Source: Ruminococcus sp.
GTDB taxonomy: Bacteria > Bacillota > Clostridia > Oscillospirales > Ruminococcaceae
Assembly (NCBI GenBank): GCA_021199375.1
Contig: JAJQIB010000020.1
Span: 28,931 to 92,930, forward strand
Direction of reading: 5' to 3'
DNA length: 64,000 bases
The notes below the pieces were generated by a model. The model did no database searches. It was not told the origin of the DNA and worked only from the letters and a program-made list of their open reading frames with translations. Below, one piece after another: positions 11,078 to 20,453 of this stretch. Within the stretch, counting starts at the first letter, position 1, and each line of letters opens with the position of its first letter. The position numbers and the translations under genes are program-made.

Positions 11078-12004
11078 TTAATAAGACGAATCATTAGCAG
11101 AATCAAGCTCAGTAACTGCGCTTACACTGTCAACTGAAGCAAAAGCTGCTAACGGATTATCAAAATCCTTAGCATCAACTATGTCGGCAGTAACACGCAC
11201 ACTAAAGCCATCATAAATAATATCTTCATTTAAAAAGAAGGTGTCAGTTTCGCTATAATTTCCTTCATCATCACTTAGATAATATGTAACCCGGGACATT
11301 TCACTAGACCAATCTGTTGGAATAATTATATTGGTAAAAAGTGTAATGCTATCCCCTGCTGTAAGCTTTTTAGCTCCGTAAAAGCTGCGTGTAAATGGAT
11401 ACTCAAAATCAAAAATCTGCGTAAAAATATCGTTTTCACCATCGCCATAATCTGATATAAAAGCTAAGTCACCGTTCTGTACGAGGCTATCAAGTTCACT
11501 TTGATTATAGCTTTTAGTGGTGTAGATTGTTGAGCTTCCTTGCACACAGCAGAACGTCTGAAGAGCCAGTTGGGCTTTTGAGTACAATAAATTGTACTCG
11601 TTCTGAAGCTTGTAGTAGGTATCAAGAAACGCCTGATAGCTTGGCGAGGCTTCATCTAATGCACCTTCATAATAATCAATATCGGTACGCAGCGCACTAA
11701 GCTTTGAATTGAAGGATTCTCCATCGCTATCTATTAGCTCAAGATTGAATCTTACATATCCCTCACCATCAGTGACCTTTACTGAACATTTATCCTTTAT
11801 AGTGGTACCGGCAGCAGTATCCTTGATTGTGTAGCTGCCATTTTCGTTATTTACCTCTGCAACAACCTGAGGGACTTGCTCGACATCCTCGTCCTCATCC
11901 TGTTTTTCAAGCATGTACCTTGCGCCTAGCATTACAGCTGATAGCAGTATCATTACTACTGCCGCCACGCTCATTTTTAAAGCAGAGCGGTTTACCTTTT
12001 TCAT
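11078..12004 (-). CDS. Secreted/membrane-anchored hypothetical protein, TasA/SipW-dependent-type fold suspected
   Basis: Signal-like N-terminus; motifs GxxIKDKCSVKV..GYVRF, LTAGDSITLFTNIIIPTDW, FSVRVTADIVD resemble SipW-class/TasA-like proteins. Confidence 0.45.
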   Translation of the reverse strand: MKKVNRSALKMSVAAVVMILLSAVMLGARYMLEKQDEDEDVEQVPQVVAEVNNENGSYTIKDTAAGTTIKDKCSVKVTDGEGYVRFNLELIDSDGESFNSKLSALRTDIDYYEGALDEASPSYQAFLDTYYKLQNEYNLLYSKAQLALQTFCCVQGSSTIYTTKSYNQSELDSLVQNGDLAFISDYGDGENDIFTQIFDFEYPFTRSFYGAKKLTAGDSITLFTNIIIPTDWSSEMSRVTYYLSDDEGNYSETDTFFLNEDIIYDGFSVRVTADIVDAKDFDNPLAAFASVDSVSAVTELDSANDSSY

Positions 12005-12228
12005 TTGTTTTTCCTTTCTGATTCTTTGCATTGTAGATGCATATGCTTCCTCTCATAAATTTTCCTTATTCCTTACATTTTAATTATATCACATATATTC
12101 TGTTTTGTCAACTGCTTATTCAGCTTGTTATTCAACAAAAAAAGACAAGTGATTCTATGTAAAACCACTTGTCAGCTTTATATTACACTATTTCTATCTT
12201 TAAAAAGCATTGAAACTAAAATAATAAA

Positions 12229-14016
12229 CTAATCGAGATAATTGATTTCGTTTATTACTTCTAGCTCCGGATATTCTTCTAAAACATCCTCTCTAACATA
12301 AACAGAAACTTCGGCACCATCATAAGAAAATTTCCAGATATGTGTTGTGGTCGTGGTATAAACCTCTCGATAAATTGGAAAATCATCTTCACCATATATA
12401 ATTGAGAGCTCATATAAAAATGGATATATTTTAGAATATGGAGTGCCAACTATAACCTCAGGATAACCCTGAGCTTCAATTAGATCACAAAATTCCTGCT
12501 GTTGCTCTTCGTCATATTTTTGAAAATTCACATATGTTTTACTGGGATCATCAGGATTTAAATTCATGATTATATTATCATCAAAATAGAAATCTAACGC
12601 AGTTCCAACAGCAGTATATGATATGTTATAATCATCACGCACTTCATTAAACTCTTCTACAGTAATTTCATTAAAATCTTTATTTATAGAGTCGTTATCA
12701 TCATCGTCAATACCTTTTTCCTCATAAATCTTTTCTAAAGCATCTTCATCAAATTGAAATGCCCATTCACTCATTATTAATCTATCGTCAAGATTATTCT
12801 CTTTTAAGAAAGCTGCCATATCTTTAGCAAATCCGTAGCTTATATTTACATCCATAATAGAAGCGTAAACGGAAGCTATTACAGGACTAGTCAAAACTAG
12901 TAAAATTCCGCATATAATTACCTTACGTATGTACTTTGATTTAAGTAGAGATGTAAATTTATTACATGTCAACTTAATAAATTCAAATTCATCACGTTCA
13001 CCGCTAACCCAAACTATAAATAATATAAGCGAGGTGCAGGTTCCAAGATGATAAATAGATGAATATTTGAATATCATAAAGGTGACTAATGCAAAATAAG
13101 TAATAAAGAAGTATGCACGCAGTTTTGTTCGCTTTGTTAATAGGTACAAATATACAAGCACAAGAATTCCACAAACGATCTCAAAAATGAAAATAACCAT
13201 TCCGGGTTTATAGGCATAGTAACCAACAAAAACACCTAATAAAGAATCAAAAGCGTAAATTACATAATTCGCTAAGCTATAAATAGTGACATCAAATTCA
13301 TCATAAGTTACATCACTTGCTGGGATGATCATAAGTATAAGAGATACAGCAAATATTGCAAGAACCAATAACGAATAGCAGCGTTTATCTTTAAATACAT
13401 TTGAAAGCTTATCATTCTTCTTGTGAGATGAAAAAATCTCTACAACCCAGACTATACAAATCATTCCTGAAATAATAATTCCATATGCGTGTGAACCGCA
13501 AAGAAGCATCATCGAAAGAACAAATGGAATAGGCTTTTGATCACGCTTTGAGAAGGTGAGGGCAACTAACACCATACCAAGAGTAAAAAGGCTATAGCAT
13601 CTAGATACAACACCAAACTGATAGAAATAAAAAAACGAAAAAGGAATCAGTCGTCTTACAACATTAGGAAAAGGCGATTTAAAAATGATAATACCCATTG
13701 CTATTGTCATAATAATTATATTAACAGATTTTAAACCAAGCTCAGGATTCACACCAAGACGTGCAGGAATTGCAAGCAATAATGACCATAGCGGCGGATG
13801 CCCCTCATAATGTGGTCGAACAAACAGTATATCATGTAAGCTAGCAGTTTTAGCAATGCTCCATGCTTGAATCTCATCAAACCACGGCTCATGAAAAGCA
13901 GAAACAATCGACACCAGTACTACATAAAGCAGCAAACAGACAACATCTACCCTAGTACGTTCAAATCCAAACAAATTCAAACGCTCACGCCATGACTTTT
14001 TAACATTACTTTCCAT
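12229..14016 (-). CDS. Polytopic membrane protein, GT-C glycosyltransferase-like
   Basis: HEPWFDEIQAW and HYEGHPPLW loop motifs, many TM segments; ATG 14016 has a ggagg RBS. Confidence 0.6.
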   Translation of the reverse strand: MESNVKKSWRERLNLFGFERTRVDVVCLLLYVVLVSIVSAFHEPWFDEIQAWSIAKTASLHDILFVRPHYEGHPPLWSLLLAIPARLGVNPELGLKSVNIIIMTIAMGIIIFKSPFPNVVRRLIPFSFFYFYQFGVVSRCYSLFTLGMVLVALTFSKRDQKPIPFVLSMMLLCGSHAYGIIISGMICIVWVVEIFSSHKKNDKLSNVFKDKRCYSLLVLAIFAVSLILMIIPASDVTYDEFDVTIYSLANYVIYAFDSLLGVFVGYYAYKPGMVIFIFEIVCGILVLVYLYLLTKRTKLRAYFFITYFALVTFMIFKYSSIYHLGTCTSLILFIVWVSGERDEFEFIKLTCNKFTSLLKSKYIRKVIICGILLVLTSPVIASVYASIMDVNISYGFAKDMAAFLKENNLDDRLIMSEWAFQFDEDALEKIYEEKGIDDDDNDSINKDFNEITVEEFNEVRDDYNISYTAVGTALDFYFDDNIIMNLNPDDPSKTYVNFQKYDEEQQQEFCDLIEAQGYPEVIVGTPYSKIYPFLYELSIIYGEDDFPIYREVYTTTTTHIWKFSYDGAEVSVYVREDVLEEYPELEVINEINYLD

Positions 14017-14170
14017 CAAATATCCTCCAATAAATGCACCATGTTCCAGCAATTTATCATCATCCACTTTATTATATCATATTTCTATCTTTTTGTCAAT
14101 AGTATTTCATATGCATAAATAATAACTAATATCACTACGAATTCACAAAACTCATATCTAAATATATGAT

Positions 14171-14213
14171 AAAAAAACTCCGACTGCGAATTACAGTCGG
14201 AGAAATTCTTTTT
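14171..14213. terminator. Hairpin terminator
   Basis: ctccgactg / cagtcggag stem with flanking A and T tracts. Confidence 0.7.
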
Positions 14214-14216
14214 GAT

Positions 14217-14391
14217 TTACTCAACGGTTATTGTTACTGTAGCTGTAAGCGTAAAACTATCCGTCTCCCAAAGTACTTTGCTCATCAATCGTAAACTCTG
14301 CGACATTCTCATCCGTTTCATCATCTGCTTCGATTGACTATTCTTTGTCATCAGCACCTTCAAATTCGCTTCCGCAATTTGGACAAAACAT
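14217..14391 (-). pseudogene. Collapsed relic of a zinc-ribbon/Ig-like surface protein gene
   Basis: ggagg RBS then MFCPNCGSEFEGADDKE*; a different frame ends KVLWETDSFTLTATVTITVE*. Confidence 0.55.
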
Positions 14392-14545
14392 AAATCATTC
14401 CTCCATTTAAAAATTTTACATTTTTGCCTTTATCACTAAATCCGAAACCGTTTTCCCCCGTTGGTACCTGCTTGTACCAATAATTTTATTTTATCACAAA
14501 AAAGACTTCCCCACCTTAAAGGTAAGGAAGCCTTATATATTCATT

Positions 14546-16888
14546 TTACAGTTCGATTATAACCTTGCCGCTGTAGGAAGGACTAACAGTTATCGACTTG
14601 TCTGTATTTGCAACGCTAACTGTAAAGGTCTTATCAGTTTGCGTGTAGCTGCACTCAATCACATTGCCGCTTCTAGCTGCAGTTAGTTCAAATAACTTAT
14701 TGCTCTCAGTATCATAAATCGGAGCAGTTGCGCTCTTGCCATCCTCAAGCTCATAGATTGTAAATGTAGCGTTATCAAGATAATCATACTCGACATCACG
14801 TTCAAAATTGCCGTAGGTAACAATTGAATTAGGCTTAGCAAGTGCGGGAATCTCAAAATAACTGCACTTGTGTGTATACCACTTGCCACCCTCAAGCACC
14901 TTACCAGTGATGATATCAGTCCACTTGCCCTCAGGTAGATAGTACTGTGCAATACCATCCTCATTTAGAATAGGAGCAACTAGCAGATTATCTCCGAACA
15001 TATACTGTCTGTCAAGTGTCAAGCAGGCGGGATCATCAGCGTAATCTATAACCATCGCTCTCATCATAGGCACACCTACCGTGTGAGTTTTTATAGCCTG
15101 TGCCCAGATGTAAGGCATAAGCTTACCCTTTAGCTTAGCAAAGAAGCGAAGCACATCACACGACTCTTCGTCAAACAGCCACGGCACTCTATAGCTCTGG
15201 TTTCCGTGTAGACGTGAGTGAGATGAGAACATTCCGAAGGCTGCCCATCTCTTGTAAATGTCAGGTGTAGCAGTTGCCTCAAAGCCAGCCATATCGTGAG
15301 ATGTGTAGCCAAAGCCCGAAATGCAAAGAGACAAGCATCCTCTTACAACCTCTGCCATTGAGTTGTAGTTGCCCGAACAGTCGCCGCCCCAGTGTACAGG
15401 GAATTTCTGTCCGCCAGCTGTAGCACTTCTTGCAAATAGGCAAGCCTTGTTTTCACCAAAGTAGTCTTTAAGTACATTAAATACGCACTCGTTATATAAA
15501 TATGTATAGAAGTTGTGCATTTTAATCGGGTCGCTGCCATCAAAATACTTAACTCCTCTTGTCGGTATTCTCTCGCCAAAGTCTGTTTTAAATGTGTCAA
15601 CGCCCATTTCACATAGCGCACGCAGCTTGGAGGAATACCACTTGCATGCTTCAGGATTAGTAAAGTCAACGATTGCCATACCAGGCTGCCACTCATCACA
15701 CTGGAATACGCTTCCGTCGTCCTTCTTGATGAAGTATCCGTTTTCCATACCCTCGTCAAACAGCTTTGAGCGCTGTCCGATATACGGATTAATCCATACG
15801 CAGGTGTGAAGACCCTTATCCTTGTGCAGACGCTCAAGCATTGCAGGCGGATCTGGGAACTGACTCTTATCCCACTCAAAGTTACACCACTCAAAGCCCT
15901 TCATCCAGAAGCAGTCGAAGTGGAACACCTGAAGAGGAATATCACGCTCAGCCATCCCATCAATAAACGATGTGATAGTTTCTTCATCATAATTTGTAGT
16001 AAATGATGTGGTGAGCCATAGTCCGAACGAAAATGCAGGCGGAAGTGAAGGCTTACCTGTAAGCGTGGTGTAGCCGTTAAGTGCATCAGCAATTGTATCT
16101 CCGCCAAATACAAAGTACTCAAGATTTTCGCCTGGTACAGTCATAGAAACCTTTGATACAGTATCAGAGCAAACCTCATATGAAACCTTATCAGTGCTGT
16201 TTACAAATACACCATAGCCTCTTGATGAAACATAAAAAGGTATAGACTTGTAGGATTGATCCGAGCAGGTTCCGCCATCGGCGTTCCAGATCTCAACTGT
16301 TGCGCCATTCTTTACAAATGGTGTAAACTTCTCGCCAAAGCCATAGAAATACTCGCCGACGGTTGTGTCAAGCTGTTCTCTTATATATGTTCTTGCGGGA
16401 TTAGCAGGATAGCTCCAGAAGGAGTCGTCAAGCTGAGTTTCCAGTCTAGCCTGTTGCTTGTATGCACTCTCAAAAATAACACCTGAAGATCTCCAAGCAC
16501 CACCGGTCAGATGCTTATCGCCATAATAGAACTGAAAGCTCCATGTTTCCTTGGATACAACAAGCTTTGTTTTACCGGAAATAATTACAGCCTCTTTGTC
16601 GTTAATTGTCACTTCAGGCTTGTAGCTACCCTCATTTAGAACGAAATGCGGTCCATTATCGGTGTAGCCCTTGTGGTGAGTAATGCTCACCTTAATGCAG
16701 TTTTCTTGTGTAGATGTGTAGGAAATCTCGAGATTAGTACTTCCGAGCATCATAGCACGATTATATACTACAAAAGGAGTAGCAACAACGGTGAAACCGT
16801 TTTCACACGGAACAATCTCAAAAGCCTGATTGGCGTAGTTTACCTCATAACCACGCTGATTAAGCCAAAATCCATCGGCAAATTTCAT
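14546..16888 (-). CDS. yicI: GH31 alpha-xylosidase
   Basis: FHFDCFWM, FKTDFGER, HWGGDC, SHDMAGF, HSRLHG motifs. Confidence 0.93.
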   Translation of the reverse strand: MKFADGFWLNQRGYEVNYANQAFEIVPCENGFTVVATPFVVYNRAMMLGSTNLEISYTSTQENCIKVSITHHKGYTDNGPHFVLNEGSYKPEVTINDKEAVIISGKTKLVVSKETWSFQFYYGDKHLTGGAWRSSGVIFESAYKQQARLETQLDDSFWSYPANPARTYIREQLDTTVGEYFYGFGEKFTPFVKNGATVEIWNADGGTCSDQSYKSIPFYVSSRGYGVFVNSTDKVSYEVCSDTVSKVSMTVPGENLEYFVFGGDTIADALNGYTTLTGKPSLPPAFSFGLWLTTSFTTNYDEETITSFIDGMAERDIPLQVFHFDCFWMKGFEWCNFEWDKSQFPDPPAMLERLHKDKGLHTCVWINPYIGQRSKLFDEGMENGYFIKKDDGSVFQCDEWQPGMAIVDFTNPEACKWYSSKLRALCEMGVDTFKTDFGERIPTRGVKYFDGSDPIKMHNFYTYLYNECVFNVLKDYFGENKACLFARSATAGGQKFPVHWGGDCSGNYNSMAEVVRGCLSLCISGFGYTSHDMAGFEATATPDIYKRWAAFGMFSSHSRLHGNQSYRVPWLFDEESCDVLRFFAKLKGKLMPYIWAQAIKTHTVGVPMMRAMVIDYADDPACLTLDRQYMFGDNLLVAPILNEDGIAQYYLPEGKWTDIITGKVLEGGKWYTHKCSYFEIPALAKPNSIVTYGNFERDVEYDYLDNATFTIYELEDGKSATAPIYDTESNKLFELTAARSGNVIECSYTQTDKTFTVSVANTDKSITVSPSYSGKVIIEL

Positions 16889-17078
16889 AATTTATGACCT
16901 CCATTATTATATTTATATTCTGTCACCAATGCAAAAATTTTAGCGACAGATTGTTTTCCTGTTAAGAGAAAGCTTTTTATCTTTCTATGTATATTCTACA
17001 CTAAAAAAGAAAGAAAATCAATAGAAAGATAATAATGTTTAGAACAATTTTAATACAAAAATTTGAACCAACGCTTTG

Positions 17079-18374
17079 TTACTCAATTGATAAAAATTCA
17101 CTTGGTATATAGCTTAAGCATTCCTCGACAACACTGCGAGTAACTCCTGCATTATAGTTTAATGAGAAAAGCTCATCAGTATAGTCAGCATAAGGATATA
17201 TCTTGCAATTATACCATGCTGAGCTGTATGAATCACCTTCAAAATGAGAAATTATTGGTATAGCCTTAACATTTTCAAATGAAACCTCTCCTGTTTCGTA
17301 GTCGAGGGTTACATCTAAATCTCCCATAATTCCGACTGCTGTGTGCTGATCATACATTGTGTGGAAGAAATTACCAAGTCCGTAATATACGAACGCTTGA
17401 CCTCCATCGGGCTTATCAAGATATTCACAGGTGCTTACACAGTGCGATTGTGTACCTATAATAAGATCTGCTCCCCATTCTACAAGCTTAGGTGTTAGTG
17501 TCTGCTGCTGAGTATTAAGCTCATGCTCAACCTCAGTACCGTAATGACACGACACTACCACAACATCAGCTATTTCATCTGCCGCTTTAATCTGACGCTC
17601 AATGGTTTCCTCATCCGCAAGATAGATAACCTTTCCATCCTCATAATTTGATAATGTAATACCATTAGTATGCTCGGTGTAGCCTAAAAAAGCAAATGTA
17701 ATATCATTTATTTCAAGCGTACGAATATCCTCGCTATCAGCCTCATCACGGTATGCTCCGTAGTGTACAACGTCCTTAGAATCCCAATAATCAAGTGACG
17801 ATATAAGTCCGGTTGAGCCCTTATCAAGCACATGATTGTTTGCCATAGATATAACGTTAAATCCAAGCTCTACAAGCGCATCTCCACACTCGGTAGGTGT
17901 TGAGAAAACGGGATAGCTCTGAGCCTCGTAAGCATCGTTGACAAGTGATTCTTGATTGACAATAGCTACATCAGCCTTTTCAATATAAGGTGCAACTAGC
18001 TCGTACATGCTGCTAAAGTCATACTCGCCATTGCCAAGCGTGTAAGCTTCATTAAATATATTATCGTGTATGAGATTATCACCAACGCAAATAAGATGTG
18101 CAGTAGTTGTGCCCTCAGAAGGCGCATCCTGCTCAGAGGCTTTGCTAACCTCAGCATTTGCAGGCACTGCTTCAGAGTCCAAAGAGTCTGATTCTGACTC
18201 CTGTACGCTCGAAGAGCTTGAAAAGCTCTCAGTAACACCATCATTATCAGGTGAAGATAAAAGCGTACTGTTATCAGAGGTTCCAATGCTCTGACCGCAT
18301 CCCGTCATAAGCAATGCTGCTGAAAGAGTAACTGCTCTTTTACATAAATATGTCATACTATTCATAGCTACCAT
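17079..18374 (-). CDS. CapA-family metallophosphoesterase lipoprotein
   Basis: Lipobox LMTGC; VGDNLIH, NQES, MANNHVLD, HYGTE motifs. Confidence 0.88.
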   Translation of the reverse strand: MVAMNSMTYLCKRAVTLSAALLMTGCGQSIGTSDNSTLLSSPDNDGVTESFSSSSSVQESESDSLDSEAVPANAEVSKASEQDAPSEGTTTAHLICVGDNLIHDNIFNEAYTLGNGEYDFSSMYELVAPYIEKADVAIVNQESLVNDAYEAQSYPVFSTPTECGDALVELGFNVISMANNHVLDKGSTGLISSLDYWDSKDVVHYGAYRDEADSEDIRTLEINDITFAFLGYTEHTNGITLSNYEDGKVIYLADEETIERQIKAADEIADVVVVSCHYGTEVEHELNTQQQTLTPKLVEWGADLIIGTQSHCVSTCEYLDKPDGGQAFVYYGLGNFFHTMYDQHTAVGIMGDLDVTLDYETGEVSFENVKAIPIISHFEGDSYSSAWYNCKIYPYADYTDELFSLNYNAGVTRSVVEECLSYIPSEFLSIE

Positions 18375-18514
18375 CCAAAAATTTGATTATATTCATGTTG
18401 ATTATACCACATATTTTTATAAATTTCAATAGTTTTTTAAGAGTTTTCAGTAATTTTTCGGTTAAAATCGACTAAAAAATAAACCGAATAAATTTTATTG
18501 ATACTTGTAAAGGG

Positions 18515-18543
18515 TTGACAAAGTAAAGTCAAAGTGATAAAAT
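18515..18543 (+). promoter_or_regulatory. sigma70 promoter embedded in a MuF-linker-like coding relic
   Basis: TTGACA-N17-TAAAAT with TGn; the same bases read LTK*SQSDKIEE. Confidence 0.7.
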
Positions 18544-18559
18544 AGAAGAAACTAAGAAG

Positions 18560-18754
18560 ATGTCATATAGTCAAAGTACATATGAGAAAACGTGTAAATA
18601 TATTTTTGAGTACTTTGCCGACTGTCTTGCAATGAGCAGAATGGGAATATACTTTAATTCTAATGCTATTGATTATTTGGAATGGAAAGGAGTTACAATA
18701 ACATACAATGAATTTATGAGGAGAACGATATATGGACTTAAATTACACTACTAA
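18560..18754 (+). pseudogene. Probable remnant of a phage MuF toxin C-terminal (zincin-like) domain
   Basis: Follows the linker-promoter; EYFADCLA resembles the third-ligand helix of zincins; no HExxH left. Confidence 0.4.
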
Positions 18755-18936
18755 GACCACGCTTGAAGAGCATAAGTACTTATGCAAGGCAGAAGAAGAA
18801 ATTTTAGATAAAGGTGCAACCGAAAAGAGATGCCCTAGATGTGGGGACGAAATCATTATTGAGTTTTTTCGGTTCTTCTTATTCAGTCAGGTGTAAAACT
18901 TCTAATTGCATACATGCGGATTTTAGAGGGATATAA
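18732..18936 (+). pseudogene. Small Cys-rich (CPRC...C..NC) immunity-like gene with a +1 T frameshift
   Basis: Removing one T from T6 at 18864-18869 gives MDLNY...KRCPRCGDEIIIEFFGSSYSVRCKTSNCIHADFRGI*. Confidence 0.65.
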
Positions 18937-18958
18937 ACTTAATCAGGAGGATACACAA

Positions 18959-19126
18959 ATGAAAATAGATATGTATAAAAGATACAAGTTAAAAGATGGG
19001 CGTACAGGATACACTATTGAATCTTTTGATAGTGGCAAGGCTTACATGATAGAACTTGACGATAAATCAGAAGAAGATTGGATGCCAATAGTAAAAAAAG
19101 AGGATATAGTTGAACAATTAAATTGA
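18959..19126 (+). CDS. Small phage-type protein (immunity-like), 55 aa
   Basis: aggagg RBS; MKIDMYKRYKLKDGRTGYTIESFDSGKAYMIE resembles small genes found after phage MuF genes. Confidence 0.7.
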   Translation: MKIDMYKRYKLKDGRTGYTIESFDSGKAYMIELDDKSEEDWMPIVKKEDIVEQLN

Positions 19127-19141
19127 TATTTAATATTTCTC

Positions 19142-19175
19142 AGCACTCACACATATGTTGTGGGTGCTTGCTTTT
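19142..19175 (+). repeat. 34-bp terminator-like repeat, copy A
   Basis: agcactcacacatatgttgtgggtgcttgctttt; identical to the reverse complement of 46642-46675 and similar to 44037-44069. Confidence 0.9.
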
Positions 19176-19200
19176 GCATAAACTAAACGAACAAAAGCTA

Positions 19201-19229
19201 TTGACAATCACCAAAAAAAGGCGTATAAT
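19201..19229 (+). promoter_or_regulatory. Consensus sigma70 promoter, homologous to 44317-44345
   Basis: TTGACA-N17-TATAAT; shares 25 identical nt (aaaaaaggcgtataataaaagcagt) with the minus-strand copy. Confidence 0.8.
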
Positions 19230-19391
19230 AAAAGCAGTTAAAGTAAAGTGTTCTGATGAAAATCAGGGATGAGCAGTAAAAAATCGACAGAATAGATTGT
19301 CGATTAAGCTACTTATGCATCAACAATATTACACAATAATTATTTGGAAAGGAGAATAAGATTATAGTAGCTTTACTATAATCATGTAAGA

Positions 19392-20429
19392 ATGACTATG
19401 ACTAAATACAAAGAAGGAAGCTTTGATAGCTCTGATGGCATACATAGCTGTCATTATATAGTAGCAAAGCCTGATGGCGAGCCGCGTGGAATAGTACAGA
19501 TATCACACGGTATGTGCGAGTACATCGAGCGATATTTAGACTTTATGAGCTTTCTCACAGACAATGGATATGTTGTGTGTGGCAATGATCATCTCGGACA
19601 CGGTCACACCGTTGACGATTCAAGCGAGCTTGGCTACTTCAGTGAACAAAACGGTTGGCAAAACACGGTTGAAGATCTTTATACACTTACTAAAATTATG
19701 AAGCTTAAATATCCGAAGCAGCCATATTTTTTACTTGGACATAGCATGGGAAGCTTTCTTGCTAGGGCTTATGCGATTAAGCATGCTCACGAGTGCGATG
19801 GATATATTTTTATGGGTACTGCAGACGGTTTTGGTGGCACTGTAAAAGATTATGCTAAACCGAAATTAGATAAGCTTTCACCAAAGCTATATTCATGCAT
19901 AAATATTAAGGATAGCACCTTATCAAGCCTCGCCTCATCTGTTTTAATAAGCCAAGCTGAGACAATAGGCAAAATTAAAGGAGACACATATAGAAGTGCT
20001 AAGCTAAACGATTTAGCATTTGGCAAATATAATGAAAGAATTGACAATCCTAAGACAGAGTATGATTGGATTTCAAAGGATGAAAAAATAGTAGATAAAT
20101 ATGCACACGATCCTCTATGTACTTTTATGTTCACAGTAAATGGCTATATAAACCTTTGTTCGGCTCTCGCCTATGTGTCAAACGACAGATGGTTTTCTGC
20201 CTTTCCTAAAGATATACCTGCACTTTTGCTTGCAGGTGATGCTGACCCTGTTGGCAATTATGGTAAGGGTGTTAAGAACGTTTATAACAAGATGTGTGAA
20301 TACAGATGTCAGGTTTCTATGAAGCTTTATGAAGGCGATAGACATGAGCTTTTAAACGAAACAAATCGGACAGAGGTTTATGCCGATATTCTCGAATACA
20401 TTGACAGTATAACTGGAACTGTACAATAA
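19392..20429 (+). CDS. Alpha/beta hydrolase (lysophospholipase-like, Hydrolase_4)
   Basis: HGMCE, DHLGHG, GHSMG, GDADPV, RHELLNE motifs. Confidence 0.9.
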   Translation: MTMTKYKEGSFDSSDGIHSCHYIVAKPDGEPRGIVQISHGMCEYIERYLDFMSFLTDNGYVVCGNDHLGHGHTVDDSSELGYFSEQNGWQNTVEDLYTLTKIMKLKYPKQPYFLLGHSMGSFLARAYAIKHAHECDGYIFMGTADGFGGTVKDYAKPKLDKLSPKLYSCINIKDSTLSSLASSVLISQAETIGKIKGDTYRSAKLNDLAFGKYNERIDNPKTEYDWISKDEKIVDKYAHDPLCTFMFTVNGYINLCSALAYVSNDRWFSAFPKDIPALLLAGDADPVGNYGKGVKNVYNKMCEYRCQVSMKLYEGDRHELLNETNRTEVYADILEYIDSITGTVQ

Positions 20430-20453
20430 AACGGACACTAAGGAGAAAAATGA

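Noticed and set aside
15343-15894. Long alternative-frame and antisense ORFs in the track (also 35010-35483, 40255-40719, 22745-23200, 46901-47338, 58308-58655)
   Set aside because: They shadow well-supported genes, lack an RBS or motifs, and have atypical composition.
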